Positions 25,805-36,875 of a stretch of DNA of 64,000 bases are shown here, piece by piece (positions within the stretch are counted from its first letter, which is position 1; each line of letters starts with the position of its first letter). The notes beneath the pieces were generated by a model that saw nothing but the letters and a program-made list of their open reading frames with translations, made no database searches and was not told the origin of the DNA. The translations under genes and the position numbers were made by a program. Source of the stretch: Haliotis cracherodii (lineage: Eukaryota); NCBI RefSeq assembly GCF_022045235.1, contig NW_027266297.1, positions 19,654,001 to 19,718,000 on the forward strand, read 5' to 3'.

Positions 25805-27821
25805 GGCATGCCATACAACATTACACTCTGGGCGGTAAGCCGTATGCATACTTGGACGCCATGCCATACAGAAAGACTGCATGAAGACGGCATAATATTA
25901 CCAAGAGCCTAAGCCAGCATGGCAAACAGATCAGTGCAGATTGAGTGGAGTATCAAGGCATATCACATATTTCACATGAGAACCATTTCTAATATCCGCT
26001 TAGAAATTGAACCAGAACCAAACAATCCCTGTGACCCATATGCCATGAGAGTGTACATGCCAAATGTGACAACGCCATCATGTAGCCGTGACAGGACAGT
26101 GTACCGTGGCCAAACTGATCAAATGATATCAGGTGAGAAATATGTGTTTATTCATGATACTGAGAGGCCATAGGCCTATTGTACATGTTATATAGTAATG
26201 AGTGTATATACATTATAAGGTAACACATTTGGAACTTCTTAGCTTCTTAGCATGCAATATGTACATTGACAGTTTTTTCGTTACATTGTTACTTGACATT
26301 AACGAAACAGATTTCTGTAAACTGGGATAACGGATATCCTAGTTATCAAGGAACTGTTTTATGAGTTCACCATACAACGGACATATTTGTTAGAAATTAT
26401 ACTCATTTTCCACAAATTTTGTATCGCCTTAATATTTTCATTTCCCTTACATTTTCCCGTCTCGATTAAAGAGTTCGTGTGAACTACATCTGAATCGTGC
26501 AGTAGCAGAAGTATTACTCTCCACAGCAACTGTTTTTGAAGAGGGAATACGATGACAGTTTATTGGATACTGATAAGGAAAAATGCCAATTTTGAATGCA
26601 CATATCTTTCAAGGTCTGAGTAAAAGCATCTATGAATTGATATGGTAACAGACATTTAAACTGATGTTTAACAGAAGACGCTGGAAGTGATATTGCTGGA
26701 ATATTGCTAAAAGCTTCGTAAAACCGTACTCACTCACTCACCCACTCACTGTCCTTGTTGATCATAGAGTAATAGCATCTTATGCCATTTCTTTACGAAT
26801 CATGTCAGAATCACCATATACTTGTTTTGTCACCTGTGGGTATAAATGAATAACATTGCAAGAATGGAATAAGATAAAATACACTGCACAATGGAGGATG
26901 TATCAACTGAAAAAACTCGGGAACGTGTGGTACCAGTGAAAATAGGGAATTGCATCTGACATCATTTTTGTCAGCTGGAGCTCCTGGAACATTGCTCGAC
27001 ATGAAGGGAACTTTCTTCACGAAATATCTGGTTTACGAGGGAACCATGCTCCATTCCGTGAACCGGTTGCTGCAAGATGAAAATGCAGGCTTTTGTTATA
27101 TACGCTTGTAGGAAGTTTCGTGAAATTGTCTGCAAGTGATTTTTCCATTTTAAAACACATGGTTGATAAATTTATTTTCATTTACATAAAATGAAATATT
27201 TGTATTAATAGTTGACTATTGCATCCATTTCAAGTTTTTAAAAGCATAAACTCGTCAGGCAAATGTCTGTCCAATGAGTCCAAGATAGTAATTCCAATGA
27301 ACTTAATGCAATGAATACTCCCTCCTTTTCCCAAATGAAGACGGCATGCCATCCGGCCCAGCGGCCAAGGAGAATATAGTGCCCTGTTTAAATGGGCTGT
27401 TCTGTCTGTGTCGATTCTATAAGAGTGACTTGTGATAGCTTAAATGAAAGATTAGACATTGTTGTTATTTGCATATTTTTTGTTAGCCACAATCTGTGCA
27501 AGGTATTGATTCCAGGTTCCCATGACTTGACCCAAGTTGAAGGCCGCTCTGTGTGTTTCGGCTCGAAACTTCCAGTGCGCATTGTGACTGCGGTTACTGC
27601 GAAATCTATCTGGTGGATCCAGGCCGAAACTTTGCGTTTTAAGTAACAAGCGGTCTATTGGTCAGTATGCAACAGGAGAACAGCCTACGACCGATATTAA
27701 TTATGGTACACGTAGATGGCAAAGAAGGAAAATACTTGTGGTATGAGGCCATCCAAAAGGTACTGTGTAATAGTGTGTATAGCATGCGGTACAACATTCA
27801 TTAGCTTTTGAATGGCATGCC
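25805..27821. mobile_element. Possible degenerate DNA transposon carrying a HIRAN-like coding remnant
   Basis: Inverted GGCATGCCAT(A/T)CAA at both ends. ORF 25919 contains LEIEPEPNNPCDPYAMRV followed by a CAG|GTGAG donor. Confidence 0.35.
26790..27020 (-). mobile_element. Deleted Penelope-like RT fragment
   Basis: VPFMSSNVPGAPA motif fused to GATGCAATTCCCTATTTT, as in the 21.8-kb copy. Confidence 0.6.
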
Positions 27822-28357
27822 GTTAAAATGAAGAACAATCATGGTGTGAAATGACATCTTATGTCTTATGTATCAGTATGCAAGTTATGACCATTGAAAC
27901 GTCAGTAGAATCAGTGAAATCTGTCAAACTGTACCTACCCGTCTCACTGTCCATTTTCTTTTCTTTTGCAGGAACTTTCTGGTCTATTTATAGCACCAAG
28001 AGCTGAGGCAAGGGAATGTGTAGCTTCCAAAGTAACAGAGTTATGGCGAGTTCGTTGACGCAGTTTAACGGCAAGGCGTCCATGAACGGTCGAGAGTATG
28101 CCGTGCGCGCCCTGTCCACGTTTTTCCCTTGAAGTCATAAGAATCTGCAGGTCAAGACGATATCGGTTTCGGTGTAAACTCGTTCATAACCAAACGAAAA
28201 TATTGATATACTGTCACCAACTGTCACTGTCCGCCATCGAGACGTTGTATCAAAACTAGGAACATCACATAGAAGGCGAATAATTAAGTGATTTCAATTA
28301 TCTCTTTCAGTCCGGTTTTACTGCTGGTTTTTGTAACACGGGGATTCATGAAAAAGA

Positions 28358-28521
28358 GGCGGACGGTAGGGTAGCCTACTGTTTAAAGCGTTCGCTTGTC
28401 TCACGAATGTCCGTGTTCGATTTTCCCACATGGGTACAATGTGTGAAGCCCATTTCTGGTGTCTCGTGCCTTGATATTACGGGAATATTGCAAAGGTGTC
28501 TTAGAACCCAATTCATTCATT
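28358..28521 (+). mobile_element. SINE family A copy (diverged)
   Basis: GGTAGCCTACTGTTTAAAGCGTTCGC..GTTCGATTTTCCC..TGTGTGAAGCCCATTTCTGGTGTC. Confidence 0.85.
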
Positions 28522-28737
28522 TATGTTTTGAAAGTGTGTTTGATGAAGATGATGTCCGTCTGAATTTCAATAGTTTTTACATTGTGAAATGATTCTTATG
28601 GCAATAAATATATGAAGTACCTTAAGGATTACTTTAGTTTAAAAACATGAGAAATTGTATACGTTTTGCGTCAATAAAGGTAATAAATAGGGCACAAGAA
28701 CATCTCCCCGTGGAACACCCAATATAGGTACCAAATG

Positions 28738-28936
28738 TTAGTTTGTTTAGTTGTGGGTTGGTTGGTTAACACCACACTGGGCAATCACTGCTTGACACCA
28801 TGAACATCGATCCACGCAATTGAGACACGATGCATCAACGATGTCAGGCAGCCTGAGCACCCGATCCCGCTAGTCGCCTCTTACCACAAGCATGGTTGGC
28901 TGAAGACCTATTCTAATCCGGATCTTCACGGGTTAC
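28738..28936 (-). mobile_element. SINE family D (head without an evident A-box: CCCGTGAAGATCC..CTTGTCGTAAGAGGCGACTAA; (AAAC)n tail)
   Basis: TSD GTACCAAATG at 28728-37 and 28937-46. Confidence 0.85.
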
Positions 28937-30212
28937 GTACCAAATGAAGAAGTCCTGATTCTTTTTACTAGTAGTAGGTAAATTATGTGAATTTAGAAGA
29001 TTTATTGATAGATGATAATTTGTTGTATTTTACACGATACACAATTATATCAAATGTCATTAGAATCATAATTTGCAATTAGGCTTTTTTTCTAGCCGTG
29101 GAAAAGGTTCTATGTCTTAATCATAAAGAAAATGAATAATTTCTCCTGCAGTAATGTGCAGATAATGATAACCGTTATATTATAAAGGAAATTAAATTAA
29201 ATTTCAGCTCAGAGAATGTCCACACCAGCGCTATCTCAGCGGTAGAGACTCGACGCCTTTCAATGCCCAACTGAATGATTTCAAAATTCAAATAATCTTG
29301 TTCAAACAAAAGTGTTGAATATGATACATGCAGAGCGTCTATTAAGATAATATTATTAATAAATTCAAGCTGTTGTGAAACCGACATACTTGAGAAGTGT
29401 GCCAATTGATATCTGATACACCTGGCGTGCATTGCAATAGATTGGCTTAATCAACATGCTCATATTTCATTGACAGTCGTTATGTGATACTCTAAAGTAG
29501 CAAATTACGAAAAAGTTATGGTTATGAAATCTTAATGTTGTAGTAAGACTTATGATACATCTGACCTTCGCACATAGTGTTTCTGACCTTATAAGATGAT
29601 CGAGGGATTACAAAATGACACAGTTACCTTACAATATTGAATTACAGGAGACAGTTTTCTTTGCCTATTGAATCTTGATTTAAGTTAAGTAATTATTCTA
29701 AACACACGAACACTGGTATGGTAAGTATGGCGATATTCTTCATTTTTTTTATTTTGTTGTACTTGCATATGAAAAATGCTAGACAGGTCGAAATCGCATT
29801 GATAAGCAGTGTAAATTATCTTTTCATTTATCACTGTGTTATTTATGAAACGTTTAGCTCAGGGAATAAAGCTAGTATAAATGACGTACCATTTCTATAT
29901 TGAAGCTCTTGACTGGACCTCTACAAGGCTTCTTATATTCAAACATATAGTGAAGGATTATTATCTGAACTCCTTCAACGTGTTTTATGGATGTAAATTA
30001 ACGAACCTGATGGAATCTTTATAATATTGAAATGTTTTGTTTTTATTTGCACTCCATCTGTGGATATCTTGATGGAGTCTCCAGAACTTTGTTGTTGTCT
30101 GGTTTACTGTAACTGTAGTTTTTCGTATGTAGGTGCCGTCACATCTTCCAGCAAGTTATATCAGAGTAAAAGATAAGATTTTAATTTCTATACTTCTATA
30201 AGTGAGATATGA

Positions 30213-30491
30213 GTGAGTGAGTGAGTTGGATTTAACGCCGCTTTTAACAGTACTCCAGTTATATCACGGCGTGTCAGCTTCACGTGGGAGAAAAGCCCGA
30301 AGAGATGCAGGTCTCAGATGTTTACCACTTTCGTGAAACCCACGAGCACGGGTATGGTGCTGACAAGCCTAGAAACATAATCGGAGCGAACCGGAATTCG
30401 AACCCACAATCATAGGTTTCCGTCGTGTCCAAGGGACGCAACTCTGCACAGCGAACCGCGGCGCCTCAGACGATGCCCCACCCGCTCCCCC
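30213..30491 (-). mobile_element. SINE family B copy with TSD
   Basis: TSD AAGTGAGATATGA / AAGTGGGATATGA. Confidence 0.9.
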
Positions 30492-30587
30492 AAGTGGGAT
30501 ATGATGGGCAGTTATTATATTAAGTTTAAAGATTTTCACATTCCACAGAGCACTTTTTTTGTAAGTTAAAGCCTTTAATCTTCGTTT

Positions 30588-30635
30588 TGAGTGAGTGAGT
30601 GAGTGAGTGAGTGAGTGAGTGAGTGAGTGAGTGAG
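30588..30635 (+). repeat. (GAGT)n microsatellite: expanded SINE-type tail with adjacent tail hairpin remnant
   Basis: Followed by TTTAACGCCATTATGAACAATATTTTCGTTATATCACGG. Confidence 0.88.
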
Positions 30636-30928
30636 TTTAACGCCATTATGAACAATATTTTCGTTATATCACGGTTTGACATGCGGGAGCAATGCTCCAA
30701 CAAAATCAGATCGTATACACTTAACGCTGTTGTGCCACCCACAATAAATGATATGGTGCTGTCAGACAAATATGATCCTTATAACTGAAAACTGGGTTCG
30801 AACTAACGACAAGCGAATCCAGGCGCAACTAGGGGACGCAACTCTACACAGTCAATTGCAGGGATCCAGCAAGCTTGATCTCCGTGGTTCCCTTTGTTTC
30901 AAAAGACGTCATTTGAGAAATGAGTGTA

Positions 30929-31153
30929 AACTGCCGGGAAAAAGAAAGTATACACCCATGTTTGATGGTGGCTGAAGATGAAACAAACAAGAAATGGTTA
31001 TCCGATGGTGATGGATACGGACATCATAGTCGTGTTTTGGATCTTACTGCAGTGTTTCGGCGACTGTTTTCATCTTAGTAACGTTTTGATGAGGTTTGTT
31101 AGTTGTTGGTCAAATCCAACGTTCACGTTAATACTTTCTTTTGTCCGGCAGTT
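30929..31153. mobile_element. Same MITE family, opposite orientation
   Basis: TA|AACTGCCGGGAAAAAGAAAG ... CTTTCTTTTGTCCGGCAGTT|TA. Confidence 0.82.
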
Positions 31154-32028
31154 TATTCTAAGAGAGGACTTGGTGATGTTTCGGTCCTGGAAGTGAGTGA
31201 CTATTGGGGTTTCTAAGCATTTATTCTACTGCGAGTTTAGTTATATAATGTACAGTTGTACTTCACATTTAAACAATTATTCCTGTGATTTGCACTGATC
31301 ACAACGGCGCAATAGAACTCCATGACAACACGTGTTATGAAGCAACCATTGTAATTCATGCCACACTGTATTAAATGTTGTACCTGTCATCTTTAATCTA
31401 CACTAAACACGCGCAGCCACACATGCGGCAATCGAGCACACATAGCAGCAGTAAGAAATATAGACATGTGTGTTATATATTTATTTATTTATCGCAATCA
31501 AAATTTGAAACCCTGACTGAAATCTCGACTTTTTAATCGACGTACTTAATTTCAGAGCACTTGCACAAGCTCTTCAGCATGTTAAGACACACGTTGGCAA
31601 CGGCTTCAACGCCGGTTGAGTCACGAAAACTTAATCATGGACACCTGCCAGCTACCCTGTTGACTGGCGGTCTCAACAACGAATGAATGGCGTTAAAATT
31701 GTTTGTTAAAAATAAATTACTTGTCGGAGAGCATTTGGTTATATTTTTAAGATTCCTTGTACAAGGACATTGACCGCATCTTGTATTCATTAAGGGAAAT
31801 CGCACACCAAAGTCTTGGCTTACAACTCCCAGCCTATGTGCGATGATGGTGACTCAGTTTCTAGCTCGGGAAATAAACAGTTTATCCCGCACTTTGTTTG
31901 AATACACGTTGATCGAATGTTATCCTAACTGTCAGCTGGCCTGGTTAAAAGATGAAGAGCAGTGTGGGATAGTGAGAAGTGGTAGATACTGAACGCCCCC
32001 CAACCCTACCCATCATCTACACCCTCAT

Positions 32029-32297
32029 TCGACCACCTCCATGGTCTAGCGGTAGAGCGTCCGCCCGGAGAGCCGAAGGTCTGGGGTTCGATCCCAGGCC
32101 GCGTCATATCAAAATATTTAAAAGATGGTACTTGTTGTTACCCTGCCTGACACTCTGCATTAAGGGGCTAAAACAAGGACTGGTCGGCTGGGATCTAGTA
32201 TGTTATGTTTGAGTGGGGTATCCATGTTAACCCGCGGCATGGTATCTCAGTGGGCTAGCACTAGTCGGCAAAAATCGGCATTAGGCCGAACAAGCAG

Positions 32298-32336
<39 letters not shown>

Positions 32337-32348
32337 CACAACACACAC
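32029..32348 (+). mobile_element. SINE family C (tRNA head, Meta/MESC-like core, (CA)n end)
   Basis: A-box TGGTCTAGCGG, B-box GGTTCGATCCC, core GTCATATCAAAATATTTAAAAGATGGTACTTGTTGTTACCCTGCCTGACACTCTGCATTAAGG resembling the MetaSINE central domain (from recall, not searched). Confidence 0.8.
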
Positions 32349-32926
32349 CTTTATATCCTTATACTATATTATAATACCAGTTTCGCCCCGTACCCCTCGT
32401 CACCCGACCCCTATATTCTCACCCACGTCAGCCCCACCCTCCCCCTCCAACACCCAGCCTCACCCAGGCTCCTCCAGGCTCCGATGTCTGCGAGCGACAA
32501 CACCAGCGTGTGATAATGCGGCCACATCTCTACATTGCTTACATAACTCGAGCTGGGGCGCTAACAAGCGCCATCATCATCCGACTGATATGATTAAAGA
32601 GGCAATGTCAGAATTTTTCCGGGGAAATCGGCAAAAAAATTGACGTGTCAGCGCAAACTGATTGACGCGAACCAGCTGACTGTTGTGCTCCGTACGTGCC
32701 AGGATCCGCGAGACGCCGGTTCCAATAACGAGCCTTGGTTTGTCGGCACTATACTCATGATCGTTGGTTTAAAAAAATGCTATGCCCTGAGATATTCTGG
32801 GATTGCTTCCAACATATAAAACTAAAACGCCGTGATGGAACTGTTAGTTTTTTTAAATGACGTTAGACCGCAAATCCTCACTGATTCGTCTTCGGCCCAG
32901 CTTCCCAAATGTTCTTAGCACTATGA

Positions 32927-33108
32927 GAGGGTGAGTGAGTGAGTGAGTGAGTGAGTATGGTTTTACGCCACTTTTAGCAATATTCCAGCAATATCACGGC
33001 GGGGGACACCAGAAATGGGCTTCACACATTGTGCCCATGTCGGGAATCTAACCCGGGTCTTTCGGCGTGACGAGCGAACGCTTTAACCACTAGGCTACCC
33101 GACCACCC
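32927..33108 (-). mobile_element. SINE family A (tRNA-Asp-related head, ~180 bp, (CACT)n tail), full length
   Basis: A-box GTAGCCTAGTGG, GTC-anticodon-like CGCTCGTCACG, B-box-like GGTTAGATTCC. TSD TCTTAGCACTATGA / TCTTAGCAGAATGA. Confidence 0.9.
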
Positions 33109-33926
33109 TCTTAGCAGAATGACTATTAAAATGGCATAGAGTAAAGTATGGACTGCAGTTTGGGTGTGTGTACTAGCATGGTATTTGGAATGAGAAAACA
33201 TGGAATATACTCCCCTCGCACTGAAAACAAACCCAATGTTGTATAGACCCTCATTGATACCATAACGTGAATTGAATTGACAGTTTGTAAACAGCTCCTT
33301 GCTATAGAGACTTGTGCAAGTCTACACAGTAACATTTGTGATAATGGATAGACATTATCAGTGATTATAGATAGTTTTCCCCGTTGATAATAAACATGAT
33401 AAATATCTATTTATATATATATATTTTATCCATTCCGTTGTGCATCATGAGATTACTGTGCTGAATAAACTGTTTCCTCGTCTAGCTATGTCTCCCCCAA
33501 GTCTCCCCAAGCACGGGTGAGGGCAATGGCTGACGAGAGAGGCTGACACCTACACCCTTTACTTGTCTGCCATATATCGACGACAGCTGTTTATAAACTG
33601 TCTGAGCATATTAGATTGGAGACTTGTTTGCAAATAGGGAATGTTCCATTTCTCTCATTCCAGATATCTTTCCTGTTTCCAATCCAAATTCCATTCAAAA
33701 ATCTATTCTATACTTTCCACTCTGCCGCTGAAGTTTAGGGGATGCGAAGACAATAGCAGCGCAAAGATTATTGGCGCGTATGCTGCAAAGAGTATTCGCA
33801 TGTATTCTTTTTATCTCAAACATGTCCATTCGAGAAATAGCATGATCGCCTAGTAAACACATCCTTACCATCACTGATTATCTCGAATCTAGGATATCTA
33901 AAAATCTTTGGTTCATTCAAGAGAAC

Positions 33927-34370
33927 AGGTGAGGTGAAATGGGGTTTCACGACGCATCCAAGATTATTGCACTTATATAGCGACGTGAATGCATGTATGA
34001 TAGCCCTGCACTATGACCGTGGAATATATTTATTTTATGAAAATAAATAAATCTAGAAACGCATACAAAAGCCAGCTTAAGCGAGCTCTATTCCACATAC
34101 ATGGCTGCTTGTACTAGACAGGACTGATACCGATTTATAGTGCTAGCCCACTGAGATACCATGCCGAAGTTTAATATGAATACTCCACTCAGACACAGTA
34201 TACTGACTCCGAGCCGACCAGTCTTTGACTTAGCCCCTTAGTGCCGAGCGCCAGACAGGGTAACAACAAGTACCCTTTTTAACGTCCTTTGGTATCACAC
34301 GCTCGGGGATCGAACCCCGAACCTTCCACTCTCCGGGCGGACGCTCTACCGCTAGACCACGGAGGCGGTC
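33927..34370 (-). mobile_element. SINE family C copy with second tail (TTTCACCTCACCT end), interrupted at ~34001-34094 by an element-E fragment
   Basis: Homologous to 32029-32300, plus an extra tail at 33927-33990. Confidence 0.8.
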
Positions 34371-34589
34371 TCCACGGATGAAGGGACAAGAAGTAGTTTG
34401 TTTGTTTGTTTGTATTTTGTTTAACCTGAAAACGTCGTTATGAGCAATAAAGAAGACGTTATCCACAGAAGTTTCATGTCTTAATATCACAGACAGTCCC
34501 CGACTTGTTTCAAGAGAAGCGTGATCGGTAACTAGATTCGCTGCAGCCCCAGACACTAGAACAGACGTCCTCTGATTTGGTGTATTATG

Positions 34590-34781
34590 TAGTCCTGCAC
34601 AATGACTGTGGAATATATTTATTTTATGAAAAAACCCAGAAACGTATACAAAAGCAGGTATAGCCAGCTCTAGCTAGCTCTTATTCACATTAAATCAGCT
34701 TAGGGAAAATTATTATTTATATTTTCAGAGTCAAGAAGGGTATTGTGTAATATAAAATTATATAGACTTAATGTTAGTCTT
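34590..34781 (+). mobile_element. Element E copy
   Basis: Collinear with the reverse complement of 46661-46850; flanks TGTATTATG / TGTCTTATC (7/9 match). Confidence 0.72.
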
Positions 34782-34859
34782 TGTCTTATCCAATATGGTT
34801 GCGTAACTCAGGATCACAGTATTATAGTTTACTATATAAGTCAAGTCTAAATGTCTAAC

Positions 34860-35095
34860 ATAAACAGCAAAAGAAATTAAACACACATGTTTGAAGGTTG
34901 CCAAAAAGGAAACAATCAAGAAACGGTTGTACTATGTCGATGGTGATGTATTTGATACGGGTATCATAGTCGTGATTTGTACCTCATGTTTGCAGTGTTT
35001 CAGCGACTTTTTTCAGCCTAATAACGTTTTGATAACGTTTGTAATTCATTGGTCAAATCCAATTTTCAGGGTATTCTTGCTTTTACCTGGCAGTT
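34860..35095. mobile_element. Same MITE family, diverged
   Basis: Internal homology to 30929-31153; right TIR CCTGGCAGTT. Confidence 0.72.
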
Positions 35096-35210
35096 CATGT
35101 TCACGGAACTGCTTTGAATGGCCGGCTATTTCAATTGATTTCATTACTAAGTCGGTGGGTATTGTTTTGTTTTCATGGAAATATTTTTATATGAGAAGGA
35201 CTAGAGCACT

Positions 35211-35425
35211 CCAGAAACCTATGATTGTGGGTTCGAATCCCGGTTCACCACGATTATGTTTCTAGGTTTGTCAGCACCATACCCATTATCGTGGGTTTCA
35301 TCGAAGTGGTAAATGTCTGAGTCCTGCATCACTTCGGGCTTTCCTCCCACATGAAGCTGACACGCCGTGATATAACTGGAATAGTGTTAAAAACGGCGTT
35401 AAACCCTACTCACTCACTCGCTCAC
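35211..35425 (+). mobile_element. SINE family B copy, 5' truncated
   Basis: Starts at CCAGAAACCTATGATTGTGGGTTCGAATCC; tail intact. Confidence 0.88.
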
Positions 35426-35979
35426 ACCTAGTTCAAAACGAGTATACTGCAAAGTAGCACTTCATCAAGGATGATGGACAATCAAGGATGACGAATCAAC
35501 AGTGTCTTACAAATATATCGGCCAACATGAATACAATTGAAATACAATCGCGTGTGACCTCATTTAACTCAGAAAGCCTAGGTATATTTGTTAAAATTAT
35601 CATCTTGTAATTGATTACTTTAACCGCGGTCTTGTTTGTGCCACGTTGGTATCACCTGTTATCGATATGAACTGCAGTTGATGTAGATTTCAATGTCGGG
35701 GCCTTGTCAGTCACGTCTTATCAAGTCCATTTCAAAGATAGGAAGCCCTGCATTGAGTTTACAGGACGGGTGATCTCGTAACTTCTACTGAGTGTTATCA
35801 TGGATTATCCATATATGAAGTTTGAAAATGCCTGAAGCAAATGACAAAATTGTGAAGTGATACTTTGTTAACGCTGTTTTAGTTCTTTATCAAGGTCAAT
35901 CGGTACAGTGATGATAATACTGTCAAGGTCACGATTAATAGATATCTAAAGCTTCTTTATAATCAACTGTTGGATATAC

Positions 35980-36875
35980 GAATCTGTTACTAAGAGAGAC
36001 TAATCTGTCACTAAGAGAGACGAATTTGCCAATGAGAGAGACGAATGTTCCACTAACAGGGACTAATCTGTCACTAAGAGAGACTAGTCTACCACTAAGA
36101 GAGACTAGTCTCCAACGAAGAGAGACTAGTCTCCCACTAAGAGAGACCAATATGTCACTAAGAGAGACGAATCGTCCATTGAGAGAGACTAATCTACCAC
36201 TAAGAGAGACTAATCTGTCACTAAGAGAGACTTATCTGGCACTAAGAGAGATGAATCTGGCACTAAGAGAGATGAACCTGTCGTCCATTGAGAGAGACTA
36301 ATCTACCACTAAGAGAGACTAATCTGTCACTAAGAGAGACTTATATTCCACTAAAAGAGACTAATCTGTCACTAAGAGAGACTTATCTGGCACTAAGAGA
36401 GATGAATATGTCACTAAGAGAGACTAATCTGTCACTAAGGGAGACGAATTTGCCACTCAGAGAGGCTGATATGCCACTAAGATAGAATCTGTCACTAACA
36501 GAGGCTAATCTACCAAAAAGAGATACTCGTCTCCCACTAAGAGAGACTATTCTGCCACTAAGAGAGACTAATCTGTCACTAAGGGAGAGGGATTTGCCAC
36601 TAAGAGAGGCTAATGTGTCACTAAGAGAGACTAATCTGTCACTACGAGAAACTTATCTGTCACTAAGAGACGAATATGCCACTAGGAGATGCTAAAAAGG
36701 CACTAAGAGAGGTTAATCTACCACTAAGAGAGACTAATCTACCACTGTCAGAGAATAATCTGGTACTAAGAGAGACGAATCTGGCACTAAGAGAGGCTTA
36801 TCGTCCATTAAAGGAGATTAAGCTATCACTAAGAGAGTCTATTTTGCCACTAAGAGAGGCTAATATGTCACTAAT
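35980..36875 (+). repeat. 21-bp minisatellite (ACTAAGAGAGACTAATCTGTC), about 42 copies
   Basis: Tandem units; explains the LRETNLS-type ORFs. Confidence 0.95.

Noticed and set aside
27944-28240. Possible transposase N-terminal exon on minus (PCLSSWCYK..KKRK, donor at ~27938)
   Set aside because: Multiple stops and no motif I can name with confidence.
33035-33108. Functional tRNA genes at the SINE heads (also 10808-10893, 32029-32100, 38285-38393)
   Set aside because: Acceptor and anticodon stems do not pair properly, and each continues into a repeated body or tail with TSDs.
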